This document shows positions 24,147-37,711 of a stretch of 64,000 nt of DNA, in pieces. The DNA comes from Epiperipatus broadwayi (lineage: Eukaryota > Animalia > Onychophora). A program made the translations under genes and the position numbers. The stretch is from positions 4,650,001-4,714,000 of the forward strand of contig JAQFVV010000005.1 of the NCBI GenBank assembly GCA_028023455.1, written 5' to 3'. Position 1 is the first letter of the stretch. Each line of letters opens with the position of its first letter. The notes below the pieces were generated by a model that saw only the letters and a program-made list of their open reading frames with translations, did not search any database and was not told where the DNA came from.

Positions 24147-24690
24147 AAATTTTGGGATGAAATCGCCTGGAAATACGATTTCATTCCATATACTATACAC
24201 ATTATTTCTCAGTACTGCCTGGTTTTAGATATGCTGATGAATAGGTAAGATGAGCTGGAAAAGTGAATACATGAACCATAGCCTCCGATGCCAGGATAAG
24301 TAGACGGCCAAGCACAAACTACCAGTACACACCACCTCATGATGTCACGAGAAAATATCTCATTTTAAAGCACTACCTCTCTTGTACCTAAAAGTATCAT
24401 CCAACCAAGAATAGGAGCCAGAGAAAAAAAAATCAATTTGGGACTCAACCAACCCTGCTCAGCTTCGGTGAGTCTTAGGGGCTATCATTTGGCCTATCCA
24501 TGAGACCAAGGCCTATACATGAGACCTATATATACGCACTGCTGGACTACTCTTGAAGCACAACATCCAGGTCTGGATAGTGGCGAGCATATACTTCGGA
24601 GCATCATAACACAATGCATCCAAGCAGCTCTGCTCAATCATCCACCATCTCAACATGAAAAACACAAGTTCACGCATCACTACTCCACAC

Positions 24691-27600
24691 TCACAAACTT
24701 TTTCCATCAGCTATCTCTATAAAGGGTCGTAACAGCCTTGCGTTGAATGTTCCTTTTTCTTTTCCTGCTTCTGTTACTGCAAATGCATTATTCCCATATT
24801 TCTTCACTATTGTATATGGGCCTTCATAAATATCCTGAAACTTCTTATATATGTTTCGTTCAGGATAACTTACTGGATATCCTCGAACCATCACTCGATC
24901 TCCCACTTGAAATGAATGAGATGAGCTCATGCATCCCTTCTTCCGTATCTCACCACTCTTTCTTAATTGTTGAAGGGCTTTTTCTTGATCCTTCTTCTTA
25001 TCAATAATATCTGGTATTATTGGGATTTTTGTACGATAAAGCATAGGTATAGATTTCCCATAATGAAGTTGCACAGGTGCAAAACCTATTGACAAATTTA
25101 GTGTCCAGTTTACATAGTTGACTACTCTTTGGACCTGGTCCACCCATCCCCAGTGATTCGCATTCAAGTACACCCTGAATAATCGACCCAGCTCCCGCAT
25201 CACACGCTCGCATGGGTTGGATTGAGGGTTGCGAATAGATGTCAGTATATGCTTTATATTCTCCTTGCTGATCCATTTCTTCCACTCATTAGAGATGAAT
25301 GGGGTGCCATGATCAGAGATGATTGTCTGTGGTTTTCCCACTTTGCTAAAATGTTGGTTTTGCAACACTTTTATAGTGTTTCGGGCATTAGCCCAAGGTA
25401 TAGGGTATGCAACTACCCATTTGGAGAATATGTCATACCCTACCATCAAATACCTCATCCGATGAAATGGGGGCAAGGGCCCATAATAATCCACTGCCAG
25501 AATTTCATTAGGTTCTTTTGCAAGAATTGGGTTCAAGGACCCTGAATATGATTTATTCAGCGGCTTGGTTCTTTGGCAAATTTCACACCCCTTTATCAAT
25601 GATACTACCTCTTTGTACTGCTTTGGCCAATAGAACCAATTTTGTAACACATGGTAAGTCTTTTCTGCTCCGTAATGTCCATATAATCTATGGGTGTATA
25701 TAATAAGTGGGTGGCGCATTTTTATAGGTACCACAATTCGCCATTGATCAGTAGAAGTATTGACGCAATATTGCAAAACCTTTTTTTTTACTGCATATCA
25801 TTTCCATTGTTCTCCCGTCAGGTCAGCTTCCTGGTTCAGTCTCCTTTTCTGCTTTTCAATTTTTTTAACACCTGCTTACAATATGCGTCCTCTGTCTGAT
25901 GCTCTTCTAACTGGTATAGACTGGTTTCAACATCTTCTGTACTGCTTAGACATGCAGCCACAATGGACACATTATCTGCACACAAATGTTGTTGTTCCAA
26001 CTTAATAGGGTTCCGGCTCAATGCATCTGCAACTATATTGTCTGACCCTTTACAATATTGGACTGTATAATCGAATTCCTGAAGCAACAAGCTCCACCTC
26101 ACCAAACGGCTATTAGTCAAATAACTGTGGTTCAGGAACTCTAAACTTTTGTGGTCCGAAATAACTATCCCTTGTGACCCAAGGAGAAATTGGCGAAACT
26201 TTTGAAATGCCCATATAACTGCCAGAGCCTCCTTCTCTGTCACAGTATAATTCAGCTCTGGACCTTTCAATAATCGGCTAATAAAATATAAAACTCTCGG
26301 TTGATTATCTTCATGAACTTGGAATAGAGTAGCTCCCAGGCCATAACCGCTGCTATCCGTTTGAAGATAAAATGACTGACTAAAGTCTGGGTAAGTTAAC
26401 ATTACTTGCCCCAGAAACTTCTTCTTAATTGATCCAAAGTTCTCTTCTTGTTCGCTACTTCATTTCCATGGTGCATCTTTCCGTATTAATTGAAGTAAGG
26501 GTTCCATATCAAGGGCGAAATCCTTATAAAATTTATTATAAAAGTTACAAAGCCCAAGGAAGGATCTAATTTGCCTCTTTGTTTTGGGTCTTGGAAACTC
26601 TTGAATAGCCTGTATCTTTTCGTACTGGGGTCTAATGCCCTGTTTGTTAACGATATGGCCCAAAAATTTTACCTCCTCTGCTACCAAGGTACTCTTCTTT
26701 ATGTTAATTTTTATTCCCTTTTCTTTACACTCTTTAAAAAAAAGTCGTAAAGTTGGATATGTTCTTCCAAATTCTTCGCTGCAATGACCACGTCATCAAC
26801 ATACATTGTTACAACTCGCTTAATCTCATCCGACAACACTCTATCTAGACACTTCATTAGGCCAGAACCACTGTTTTTCAACCCAAAGGGCATCCTGTTA
26901 AATTGATACGAATATCCATTGTACCGGAATGCCGTATATCTTCTGTCTTCAGGATGCAACTTGATTTGCCAGTAACTGGCTGTAAGGTCAAGGGTGGTAA
27001 AGATATTTTTCCCTCGAAATTTTATTAATAACTCATAAATCGGAGGTGGTATATTACGATCTGGCACTGTTATTCTATTCAGTTGATGTGCATCCAAGCA
27101 TAAACGGGCAGTACCATCTTTTTTTTTTTACGACTACTAGTGGGTTGTTGAAAGGGGATGAACATTTAGAAATGATTCCCCATTTTAGCATTTCTGTCAA
27201 TTGCTTCTCCACTTCTGGTTTATACTGATAGGGTACAGGATATGACCGGGACTGGTATGGTTGCTCATCTGTCACTTTTATTCGATGTTTATACCCATGA
27301 ATAATCCCTGGTACTTCTGAGAAAATAACTTGATATTCTCTCAGGAGCCTTTCTATCTGCTGTTGCTTTTCTTTGATTAGTGAAGATTCTTGAATCATTT
27401 GCCATGGTGGATCTTTCCGAACACAACCCATTTCCATTGAATGATGTGCCTCCTGCAGTGTAAAGGGTATGACCTCATCTCCACATATGACTTGACACCT
27501 CTGAAAGTCCAACATGCAATGAATTTGATGCATTATATCTGCTCCCACCAAAGCTTCATATATTAGACCCTTCATTATTAAAAAGGCATGATTAAGATGG

Positions 27601-27860
27601 ATTTTTCCTATCCACATTTGAATCCATATCTGTTTGGATTCCACCCGAGCTTTCCTATTATTGGCCAATGTAACTTGAGTTGCCTTGAGTGGTAGGGTTC
27701 GAAGGTCAGGATTTAACAATTTCATTTGGTTATCAACTCTTCAGAGATCACAGATACCTGACTCCCTGAATCCAACAGAGTTTCAACAATAATACCCTCC
27801 AGCATTATTTTAATTTTAGGGCATTGTTGCATATTATATTGAGGGACTTTCTCTTCTCAA
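24691..27860 (-). pseudogene. pol: Gypsy pol (protease, RT, RNase H, integrase with GPY/F tail), fragmented
   Basis: Protease LLDSGSQVSVIS (~27770). RT: FTTLDLTASYWQI, MPFGLKNS, YVDD. RNase H: LQTDSSGYGLG, EKEALAV, SDHKSL, ADALSR. Integrase: HRLYGHYG..CEIC, AVDYYGP, ISDHGTPF, PQSNPCERVMRE, YEGPY. In-frame TGA at 26460 and several A-run frameshifts. Confidence 0.96.
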
Positions 27861-27949
27861 TCACAAATCATATTAGCCATTGAGTATTTTCTATTACTTA
27901 TCTCTTGATTCCTCGGCTTAATATTAGGACCCCTGGGCGAGGAATCATT

Positions 27950-30399
27950 TATCGAGGTCCTTTCCTGTTTAACTCTTCATAATGTAGTCTTTTGGGATCC
28001 GTTTCTTGTCCCATCTTTGGATGTTTGTTAGGCCAAATATCATCGTGGTGGTTTCCCTCTTGTTCTTTTCTCTGCAGTTCAGTAGTTGTACCCACACTTC
28101 TTTGCAGGTTATCATCACTGTTTGATCTTCTGACAACTCGGGTTTGGTAAGAGTTCTGCACGTTGCCTGTTGATATCGTCTTTGCCTTTTCCATGGTGGT
28201 GTCTGATTTCTTTGGTGCTGATACCATGGTGGTGGGTTGTTGTTGCCATATTGCCGAGGAGGCATTTTCCTTTTATATCTGATGGTTCCTATGTTAGGCC
28301 CATTATCTCTTCTATAGGGAGGTTTATTTTGTGGTTGTTTTGTTCCTCCTTCTTTGGTCGCTGAGGTACCGCAACTATCATAAGCTGTTAATAGTTCAGC
28401 AACCTGCTCGATGGATCGACGATCAGTCCCAATTAGCATTCTTTCTACATAATTTGGAAAGCTGTGTCATATTAATCTAATGATCTGGAGTTCAGATAGA
28501 GGATCAGACATCAAGGCTCTCAACCTGGCCACCTGTCTTCTAAAGAATGGTGTATAAAGCTCTCCAGGAGGACATTTCTCCTGGGATACCTTATATTTAA
28601 TCCCCTCCTGACACTCATCGCTCCAGTAACAGTTCATTAGAGCTCCCTTAAATTCGTCAAAACTTGTAGGTTGGGCAAACAGTGAATCCCACTATGCCTG
28701 TGCTGTACCTTGGAGATGGCTACATGCGATTGCCATCTTTGCCTCTTCTGTCAACACGTTAACCCTTTTCCCGCCTCTTATGAGGCACCTTGTAGACATT
28801 TGACATCACTCTAACTCTGCAAGTTTTTATACTAAAATATTCGTTCAATATGTTTTTAAATAGATTTTTAAAAGCTCTATAAGATGGTGCCCTCTTCCGA
28901 ATTCTTTTACAAGTAAAAAATAAAAAAAACTGCATTTAAAGCTAAACAAAGAAAGAAGCTTATTGGTGATTGGCTCTCAGCCAGTTCTCAGCCGACAAAG
29001 ACATTCTGATTGGCTGGAAAAAACAAAGAAACCGCCTGATCAAAGAAAATAAAGATAAACGCTGAGATTTTCATTTTGAATGTGATTTAAGTATTAAAAA
29101 AAGGATAATTTGACAAATTAAAAATAATTTTTAAAAAATAAACTAAAAAAACAAAATTATTTTCGAAAAATATAGAAGATTTTTGTAAAAATATTGAAGC
29201 TGTAGTAAAAAGAAATATATTACTTTTCTATAACGTAAAAGTCGATCTTTTTGTTTATATTATAGCTTTTATGTTGCCGAAATTGAATATTTTAGAATAA
29301 ATAAATAGCAATTTATTTTTGAAAGAACTTTCGTTCTCTTCATAACCTGAAAAATTAATAATATACTTTTTATAAACGTATCTGAGTTGAATTTAATATT
29401 ATAGGCGAATATGTTTTAACAATAGGCTTTGTCTTCAGTTTGTGAGTTGGCCAATTAAAAGATTTGATTTTTATCTCATACAACCAATCATTTAATTAGC
29501 GGTTCAAAGGTTAATAGTAAAATATCTCTCCAGACTTTTTATATATTCTATCGGTGCTTCATTGCAGCTTCCAGAGAAAGTTCTAATTTTTAAATTCCAT
29601 ACATCTGGTTGGATGGAGGGACTTCGTGACTAGCTTGGCAATTTTCTTTTTGGCTTTCTTTTGGGATTGTTTCTGCCTCCTTTTGTTTAGGCAATATATT
29701 GCTATTTTTTATTTCCATCTTTCTCATCTGGGTGGTCAATATATCCACCTTTTCCTGCATGGATTCTTGAATTTTTATTATCCTTGTATCCATGGTCTCA
29801 CATATTTGGGTCATTTTGACTTCTTGCTCTATTAGTGAGCCTTTAACTTCATTCATGACATCTTCCTTTATTTTCAATATTCGATCATTTACTTGTTTAA
29901 TTATTTGTTCAAACTTTTCATTCTGATTTTCCACTGCTTCTATAATTTGTTTTTCTATTCTTTGATTTGCTTCTATTGCTTACTTGTTATCTTCTTCTCT
30001 CTGTTTGATATCTTCTTCTCTTTGTTTATCTCTTTTTTGGTTATCTTCTTCTCTTTGTTTGTCTCTTTTCTGGTTATCTTCTTCTCTCTGTTTATCTCTT
30101 TTTTGGTTATCTTCTTCTCTCTGTTTGATATCTTCTTCTCTTTGTTTGATATCTTCTTCTCTTTGTTTGTCTCTTTTCTGGTTATCTTTTTCTCTCTGTT
30201 TGATATCTTCTTCTCTTTGTTTGTCTCCTTTCTTTTGGCCTGCTTTTATAATTTCCAATAACTGGGCTAATGTAGACATCTCCCCTGTTTTCTCTGATTC
30301 CTCATCTGCTTTAGCTTCTTGTTTATCTTCTTTCTCAGGAGGATCCTCTATGCTTTCTGTATTCATCATTTTTTTGGATTTTGATCTGGTTTTCATCAA
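27950..30399 (-). pseudogene. gag: gag with N-terminal coiled-coil repeat and capsid-like domain, disrupted
   Basis: 30399-29590 is one frame with an internal TAA at 29980. After a frameshift and removal of 28763-29510 it reads FSGSCNEAPIEYIKSLERYFTINVLTEEAKMAIACSHLQGTAQA*W, which is capsid-like. It continues into ORF 27969-28439. Confidence 0.85.
28763..29510. mobile_element. 748-bp non-autonomous TTAA-target (piggyBac-like) element nested in gag
   Basis: TTAA at 28759-28762 and 29511-29514, imperfect termini CCCTTTTCCCGC / CCTTTGAACCGC. Excision leaving one TTAA restores the gag frame (TTT ACT ATT AAC GTG TTG). Confidence 0.82.
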
Positions 30400-30751
30400 T
30401 ATTTTATTCTAGTTTAATGGTATTTTTTTAATTTCAACTTTAATACTTCTCTCTCCATCCACACCATGACCTTACTCCATCTTCTTTGAAATGCCTGTTT
30501 CATTCTTTATGCCATTCATTTTTGTGGTGTTTTTCTTTTAAACTTTTATTTTTTTAACCTTCCTGAGCAAATTACATCATTAAATCATATGCACTGTTCA
30601 TATCACAGAATCATGATCTGCTTATACCTATGAGTAGGCTAGCTAGATCGGACCTCACAATAGGGTGGCAAATTAACCGGCCTATGCCAGATAAGGCCTC
30701 ACAGTAAGGTGACAATGTAATAGGTGCCTATGGTTAGGCTAGCTGGATAAA

Positions 30752-30770
30752 GCCTCACAGTTGGGTGCCA
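30752..30770 (-). other. Primer binding site, tRNA-Lys(CUU)-like
   Basis: Minus strand TGGCACCCAACTGTGAGGC lies 2 nt after the 5' LTR and resembles the TGGCGCCCAACGTGGGGC Lys1,2-type PBS. Confidence 0.8.
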
Positions 30771-30772
30771 AA

Positions 30773-32693
30773 TGTAACCGGACCCGCATACATCCCTTTT
30801 ATTAATGAGTTGTAACAATTTTCTGATGAGCATGCTGTAGGAAGGAACTATCAATTGACATTCCTAATGCAGATGTTAATGCCTCCTACAACAATATTTC
30901 CTGCTCATCAGAGGATGTAGTACCATAGAGACTGTGAACATCTAAACATTTACATGTTTGGTTTTCCAAACAGCACCATTAGAGTTCCGTCTCACTACAA
31001 CCTGACTTTCCAAGGTCTAGTTATGTCAGACGTAGCTCAGAAGGCATAAGATTCTCATGAACCAGTGCTATAATTGGTGAGTGATGTGATAAATAAACAA
31101 AATTGGACAACTGGATAACCAATTTAATTTTTGGTAACAAAAAAAATTTATTAAATAACAATTAATTTGCAATTTCTAACGAAATTCACTTCTATCCACA
31201 TGATAACTCATTTTTATTTTACTTATAAAAGAGTTAGAAGCAGTTCCTTTTTTTTTATCAATAGTTCATTTACAAATTCAATTATGAGAAAAAGCTTGGA
31301 AATAGTCAATTCAATAATAGTTATTTTGAATTCCTTTATGAGAAGAAGCTTGGAAATATTCTAATTCAACAATAGTTCATTTTGAATTCCTTTATGAGAA
31401 GAAGCTTGGGAATATTCTAATTCAACAATAGTTCATTTTGAATTCATTTATGAGAAGAAGCTTAGAAGCAGTCAAGCATTTATGATTTATACAGCATTTC
31501 ATTATTTTATGAATTATTACTGATTGGTAGACATTTAAACTCAGCAATTCTTGGTTTGTAGAGCATTTATCATTTGAAAATTGAGGCATTTATAATTTAG
31601 CCAAATATAAAAGTATATTCTTATACATAAACTCTGTTTGGCTTGTGGAGCATTTATCATTTAGTAATTGAAGCATTTCTAATTTAATCAAATATAACAG
31701 TATATTCATACATATAAGTTCTGTTACATTACTCAGATAGAAGTAGTATGCAATTAAAGCATTTCTTTAATCCATATAGTAAATACGTTCAAATATTTTT
31801 ATAAATAAATTTGCGTATAACCATTTCATAACTTCATTTTATAACGTATGATAAACATGTTTTAATATTTTACAAAATAAATCCCACGCAACTATTTTAT
31901 AACTTCACTTTATAACGTATGATAAAGATGTTTTAATATTTTATAAAATAAATTCTATGTAATTGTTTCATAATTTCACTTTATAACGTATGGTAAAGAT
32001 GTCTTAATACTTTATTAAACAAAATGTATGCAACCGTTTCATAACTTCACTTTATAACATATGATAAAAATATTTTAATATTTTATAAAAATAATTTTTA
32101 TGTAGATATTTCATGATGTCAATTTATAATTCATGGTAAAGATGTCTAAACATTCTTATAACATAATTACCTTCCAGTTTTGCAGTCCATTTTACTCAAA
32201 AGAAGGCGGGTTATTTCATCAATGGAAAGTCATGGCACAGCGTGGAGAGAGTGAAGCCGCTTTCTTTTTCCATTTTCAAGTTTAGTTAAAGCTATATTTT
32301 AATTTGTCAAAAGGATTAAGTAATACACTTTCTCCTTTAAAAAAAAAAATTCAATATGTTCTGCTTCTCTGTGTAAGACGAAAGTTCCTTTTTTTTTTTA
32401 AACGACGTGCCTAATTTGAATACTGCCTCAGTTTAACTCAAGTATCTTTTTTCTTTCTTTTTAATGATTGGATAATTAATTTCTTTTTTTTTTATTGAGA
32501 CAGATAAAAAAAAAATGAAATAAGACGATATAACATTTTGTTCAAATCCATCAATCACAAAATTAAAAATATGATTTTTTTTTAAACAACTCACAGCTTT
32601 ATTGCGTTCCCAATTAGACTGAATCATGCTAGACATTTTTGAATGGGGGGAAATCTTTTGAATATTTATATGAGGAACAGGATATCTGTTTCA
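30773..32693 (-). repeat. 5' LTR (1921 bp)
   Basis: Matches 21983-24134 (8 substitutions counted in the first ~318 bp). It lacks one 191-bp unit and a ~39-bp segment. Confidence 0.95.
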
Positions 32694-35353
32694 ATATATA
32701 TATTTAGAAATCAAAATATCAAGCATATTGATAATTAGAAAAGGACTGGATAAGAAAAAGTAAAAATCACATGAGCAAAAGATCAAATTACTGTCACAAT
32801 GCAACAAAGTTAGACACTTGGTTTTTCTTTTACCATTAAAATACATTCTTATTCTATTGCATGTTTTGGTTTATAATTAATTTTCCATTTCTTTTTGTTT
32901 AGGTAATTTTTGTAAAATCACATGATAAATCAAAAATTTGTTTTATTTTTTAATGTAAATTCCATCATGGAACAAATACAGACACTCAAAATATAAATGA
33001 AATGTTTTGAAAGAATGTGTTTCTCGCCTGATTGATCATGATAATAACATTGGAATGAGACCTGTAATCTTTCAGTTCATTAATACTAAATTTAAGGTAA
33101 ATATTCAAGCAATTAGGCTAATCTGTCTAAAGCAATAGTCAGTAGAAATTTGACGTATTTATCTAGCAGGTCTTCCTGATTTCTCCTTTTTTTTTTATGG
33201 GCAAAGATAATGAGTGATTTCGAATATGATAAATAGTCATTAGTGCTTTTAAAAAATTATACCTATTAATATTTAATACACATTTTTTAAATTTAAGATA
33301 ATATTAATTAACAATAGTAATAAAACTTTTATGATACAGTATGTAGTTTTATGGTTTTAGAGTTACTTTCTTTATCAGTTCCATTTTGTATTTTATTTAA
33401 TGTTATACATATAATTTTTTATGTTGTTAAGTAATATAGATAAATTAGACTAGGAGTTCGAATCAACATTAATTTTCTAATCGGAATTTGAATAACTTTA
33501 TTTTATTTTATTCTACACCTAACTCTAACTATGTTATTTAATCTATTACTTTACTTTATTCTTAATTAGTAATTTAGATAAAAACAATATAATAGTTTTT
33601 AATTAAATTTGGAGATAAGCTTACTGATCCCTATCTCCCGTCTTTCCGTTTTTGGCTTATTCTCGATTCTTTTTTTAAATAAAACTTTTCTAATTTAAGT
33701 TCTATTTTTGGACATATTTGACCGATATGAGACCACCAACAATTCATTATTAAGTAAATAGACTTACTAACACAGCAATATTCGATTTGGGGATTTCAAT
33801 AGTAAAAATTTTCTTTTGAAGACATCGTTTTTTTATATTTTTTTGAACTAATAGGGGTTTTTTGATTGTAATATCTGCATTGTTCCTTATACTTTATTAA
33901 TATTGGAGGTGATCTTTATATATTGAAATCAATGGTTTCTTTTTTGGTTAACAAAACATTATAGAGACTCAAGTGCCTGGATTAAAGCAGAATTTGTGAC
34001 GTTTGGTGCTTAAACATCACATATTCAATATAGCAATAAGTGTTAGATCTTTTTTAAGTATTAGTTTATGGAACATACAATGCAATTAAATTTAAATATA
34101 TATATTAAACCATCAACAAAATACATAATAAAAGAATTAAATAACTGCAGTTGTGAAAAAAACCAATACAATAATAAATTTAAAAAAGATGTACTTTGGT
34201 ATTATTCCTGCTATGACATATTTACTCTAGTGACATATTCTAAGTTTGCTATATGTTTAAAATAATGTCTCCAAGAAATGTGCAGACAAACTTAATCAAT
34301 AAAATTTGTTCATAGACTCAGCGAAGTGTTATTTTAAAGATATCGCAAACATAGAATAATATGACACCAGAAGTAATATGTTATACCATGTGTAGTATAA
34401 AAGTTCAAATCTAAAAAAAAATAAAGACATATATTCAGTATGAAAAAAGTATAAAACACATTACATTACTAAAAAACAGGTAGTTGCAACTTTTTAATAC
34501 AGCACTTTTTGTGAATATTTATTACAACACTTCATGTCATCAAAGTCATCCTCCCCCCCCCTCCTGGTATAATGTGTCACTTAGTGCCATCATAAGCCCC
34601 CAGATGAGTAATATTGAAAAAACATCTTATTTCCAATGATGGAGATATATATTCATTGTGTAAAAAGGAGAAATATGAAAAAGAACTCTGAAATGTTTTT
34701 TTAAATGATGAGCTGTAACAAAGTTTTAGCTATGAGTTTAACATTATATTTAATTTTTAAAAAAAAAAAAACATATATAAAGTTTTAGCAAAAAAAAAAC
34801 ACAAATATATAAAGTTTTGGCTGTTAAATATACAGCCATATTACTTACAAATGATGCAAGAAATGTATTATATTATGGAGGGTAAAAAAAGTCACTGTGG
34901 TGGACTAAAACGGACAAGAAATGTCAGTTTATTTGACATGGATTAGATATACCAGGATTCTTGGTTGTCATATTATCATAAATGGAAACTTTGAATAAAT
35001 ATCATGAGATGCAAACATCATCAGAGTAATATGTCATAGCAGGAATAATACCAAAGTATGAAAAAAGAAAATCACATGATTGAGCTCATGCTAAATGACC
35101 TTTGGTTTGAATAAAACATAAAATTGGCATCATTTTATAAGCAGACATGCATATAAAATTTATGCATTCAAATTTACCATCTTTTTATTTTTTATTTCAG
35201 ATAGCATTGCTGATATATTTGTTAATATTAAAATAATTTAGAAATAGAAACAACAAATTCCAATGCTCGTACTATTAAAGAAACAATGGAGACAAGTTCC
35301 AGTTTAATTAGTTAAGAAAATAGCGCTGGGGTGCAACAAATTACCAAAACCAC

Positions 35354-37711
35354 TTCATCATCATCAACCATTATCAATCGACTGGTGGGTAAAGGTCTCT
35401 CCAAGTTCAATGCATCTTCTCCAATCTTTAGCTTCTCTTCTCCACATCACCCCTGCACACTTTATTTTATCCATCCATCTCACATGTTGTCTGTTTCTGG
35501 GTCTTTTACAATCTCTTGGATTCCAGTTTAAGATTTCAATTGTCCATCTATTATCATCTCTTCTAAAAATATGTCCATCCCAACTCCATTTCAGTCTTTT
35601 AATGTTTTCAATGAGGTCAGTAATACCTGTTTGTTCTCTTACCCATATATTGCATTATCGATCACTTCTTGTTACTCCCAACATGCATCTCTCTGTATTT
35701 CTTTGAGTGGTCTGAAGTCTCTGTATTGCTCTTCTATTAAGTATCCAAGTCTCAGATCCATAAGTAAAAACTGGTAAAACACATTTATTAAAAACCTTCC
35801 TTTTCAAATACATAGGCATATTTCATTTTAGTATCAAGTTATTTTTACTAAAAGTGCTTCAACCAAGTTTAATTCTATGATTAATTTCATCCATTATGTT
35901 TCCATCTGTATTAATAATCTAACCAAGATATTTGTAGCTGTTAATTTCTTCTAACTCATCATAATCACTCTTTATTTATTTTGAAAAAAATCCATCGAAC
36001 ATTACTTTAGCCCTTTTAACATTTATCTTTAGTCCTACTTTTCTAATTTCATCTGATAACTCCTGCAACATTTCCTGCAGCTCTAAAGCATTATTTGCAA
36101 AAACAACTACATCATCTGCAAAATCTAAATGACTTAAATAATCTCCATTTACTTTCACTCCTTTAGATTCCCATTTTAATCCACAAAATACTTCTTGCAG
36201 CACTGCTGTAAAAATTTTTAGAGATATGGAGTCACCATGTCTTACATCCTTCTCAATGTTGACTTTCCTTGTATCATTATGTAACCTAATTGTTGCTGTT
36301 GCATTTTTATAAATATTCTTCAAAATATAATAATATCCTGGATCTATACCTTGATGATCCAATGCTTTAATCATTAAAGAAATGTTTATAGAATCAAATG
36401 CCTTTTCATAATCTACAAATCCAAAGCATACTGGTGACTCATATTCATTTGTCCTTTCTATAACTTCTCTCAATACCTGGATATGATCTACTGTACTAAA
36501 ACCATTTGTAAATCCAGCTTGTTCTCTTGGTTGGTAGAAATCCAATGTTCTCTGCAGATGAGTTGTAATTATCTTGGTAAAAATTTTGTATAAAACTGAT
36601 AAAAGGCTGATAAGTCTGTAATTTCTAATGTCTTCTTTATCACCTTTTTTAAATATTAATATTAAAACTGCATTCTTCCAATCATCTGGTACATCTTTAT
36701 CATTTAGTTATTTGGTATATAACTTTGCTAAAAATTTTAGTATTTCTTCACCTACTTCTTTTAATATATCAATTATAATTCCATCGTTACCTGGAGCTTT
36801 TCCTTTCTTCATAAATTTAATTACATATCTCACTTCTTCATTTAAAATTCTGGGCAATTTGGAAGATATAATAAATATAGAAGGTACTTGTTCTTTATTA
36901 CTATATAATTCTTGATAGAAGTCTTCTATCCATTTCATGATGTCATCTCTCTTTTTAGTAATAATTCCACTTTTTTTTCTTATTGCAGATATAAATTTCC
37001 TACCAATACCAAAATGTTGTTTTACACTCTTGAGACTTTTATTCTCTTCTAAAGCTTTCCTTGTTAGTTCACAGTTATACTTTCTTATAACAATTTCAAC
37101 TATTTTCCGCACCATTTTACAAAATTTGAGATATTCGATCCTTTTTAATGCATCATTTTTGTATATTTTTATATTCCTTCTTTTCTTCATAAATTCTCTA
37201 GTATCAATAGAAATTTTATTGGTCAATTGCTATTTCTTTCTATCAGCTATTTTTGTTGCAGTTTTTAAAAGTATATCAGTTATTTTCTTATTAATTTCAT
37301 TCAAATCCGAATCATGTTCAAAATCTACTAGTACTTGAAAATAAATATTATTTAGTACTTGAAACCAATTTGCAAGTTCTAATTTAAATTCATAAGAATG
37401 TTTCTGAAGATTAGGAATATCAACTGTAAGTATTTTTTTTTTTTTTTTTTGATAATTTTTGTCTCTCTAGTTTTGCATTAACACATATCTTACATCTTGC
37501 TAATTGATGATCACTTCCTGTGTTAACTTTATTAAGAACATTAAAATCTTGAAATATGTATTTTCTGTTAGTCAAAATATAATCCAATTCTGCTGTATCT
37601 TCATTTGGATGCTTCAATGTCCACTTCCTTTTAACATTTTTCTCAAAAAAAGTATTCATAATATAAAGTTTCTCTCTTTCTGCAAAGCTCTCTCATTTCT
37701 ATTACCTTAAC
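35354..37711 (-). mobile_element. 5'-truncated RTE LINE (~2.35 kb), more decayed
   Basis: Colinear with 11453-13773, with a (TGA)n tail. ORF pieces 35976-36545 (FVDYEKAFDS, LDFADD), 36708-37226 and 37420-37659. Confidence 0.95.

Larger units (their letters stand above)
21983..32693 (-). mobile_element. Ty3/Gypsy LTR retrotransposon, full length but inactivated
   Basis: Two long direct repeats with TG...CA ends, ATAT on both flanks (21979-21982, 32694-32697), PBS, PPT, and gag followed by PR-RT-RH-IN. Confidence 0.97.

Noticed and set aside
24147-24707. Possible env or extra ORF between integrase and the 3' LTR
   Set aside because: Only a 64-aa ORF followed by repeated stops, with no signal peptide, furin site or transmembrane pattern. 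Treated as 3' UTR.
26400-27730. Programmed frameshifts or readthrough in pol
   Set aside because: The breaks fall inside conserved domains at A-runs or TGG>TGA changes, which fits decay or homopolymer error rather than recoding.
29893-30412. Plus-strand Phe/Ser/Leu-rich ORFs, and similar antisense ORFs over the RTE and pol regions
   Set aside because: They are reverse-strand shadows of real coding or repeat sequence.
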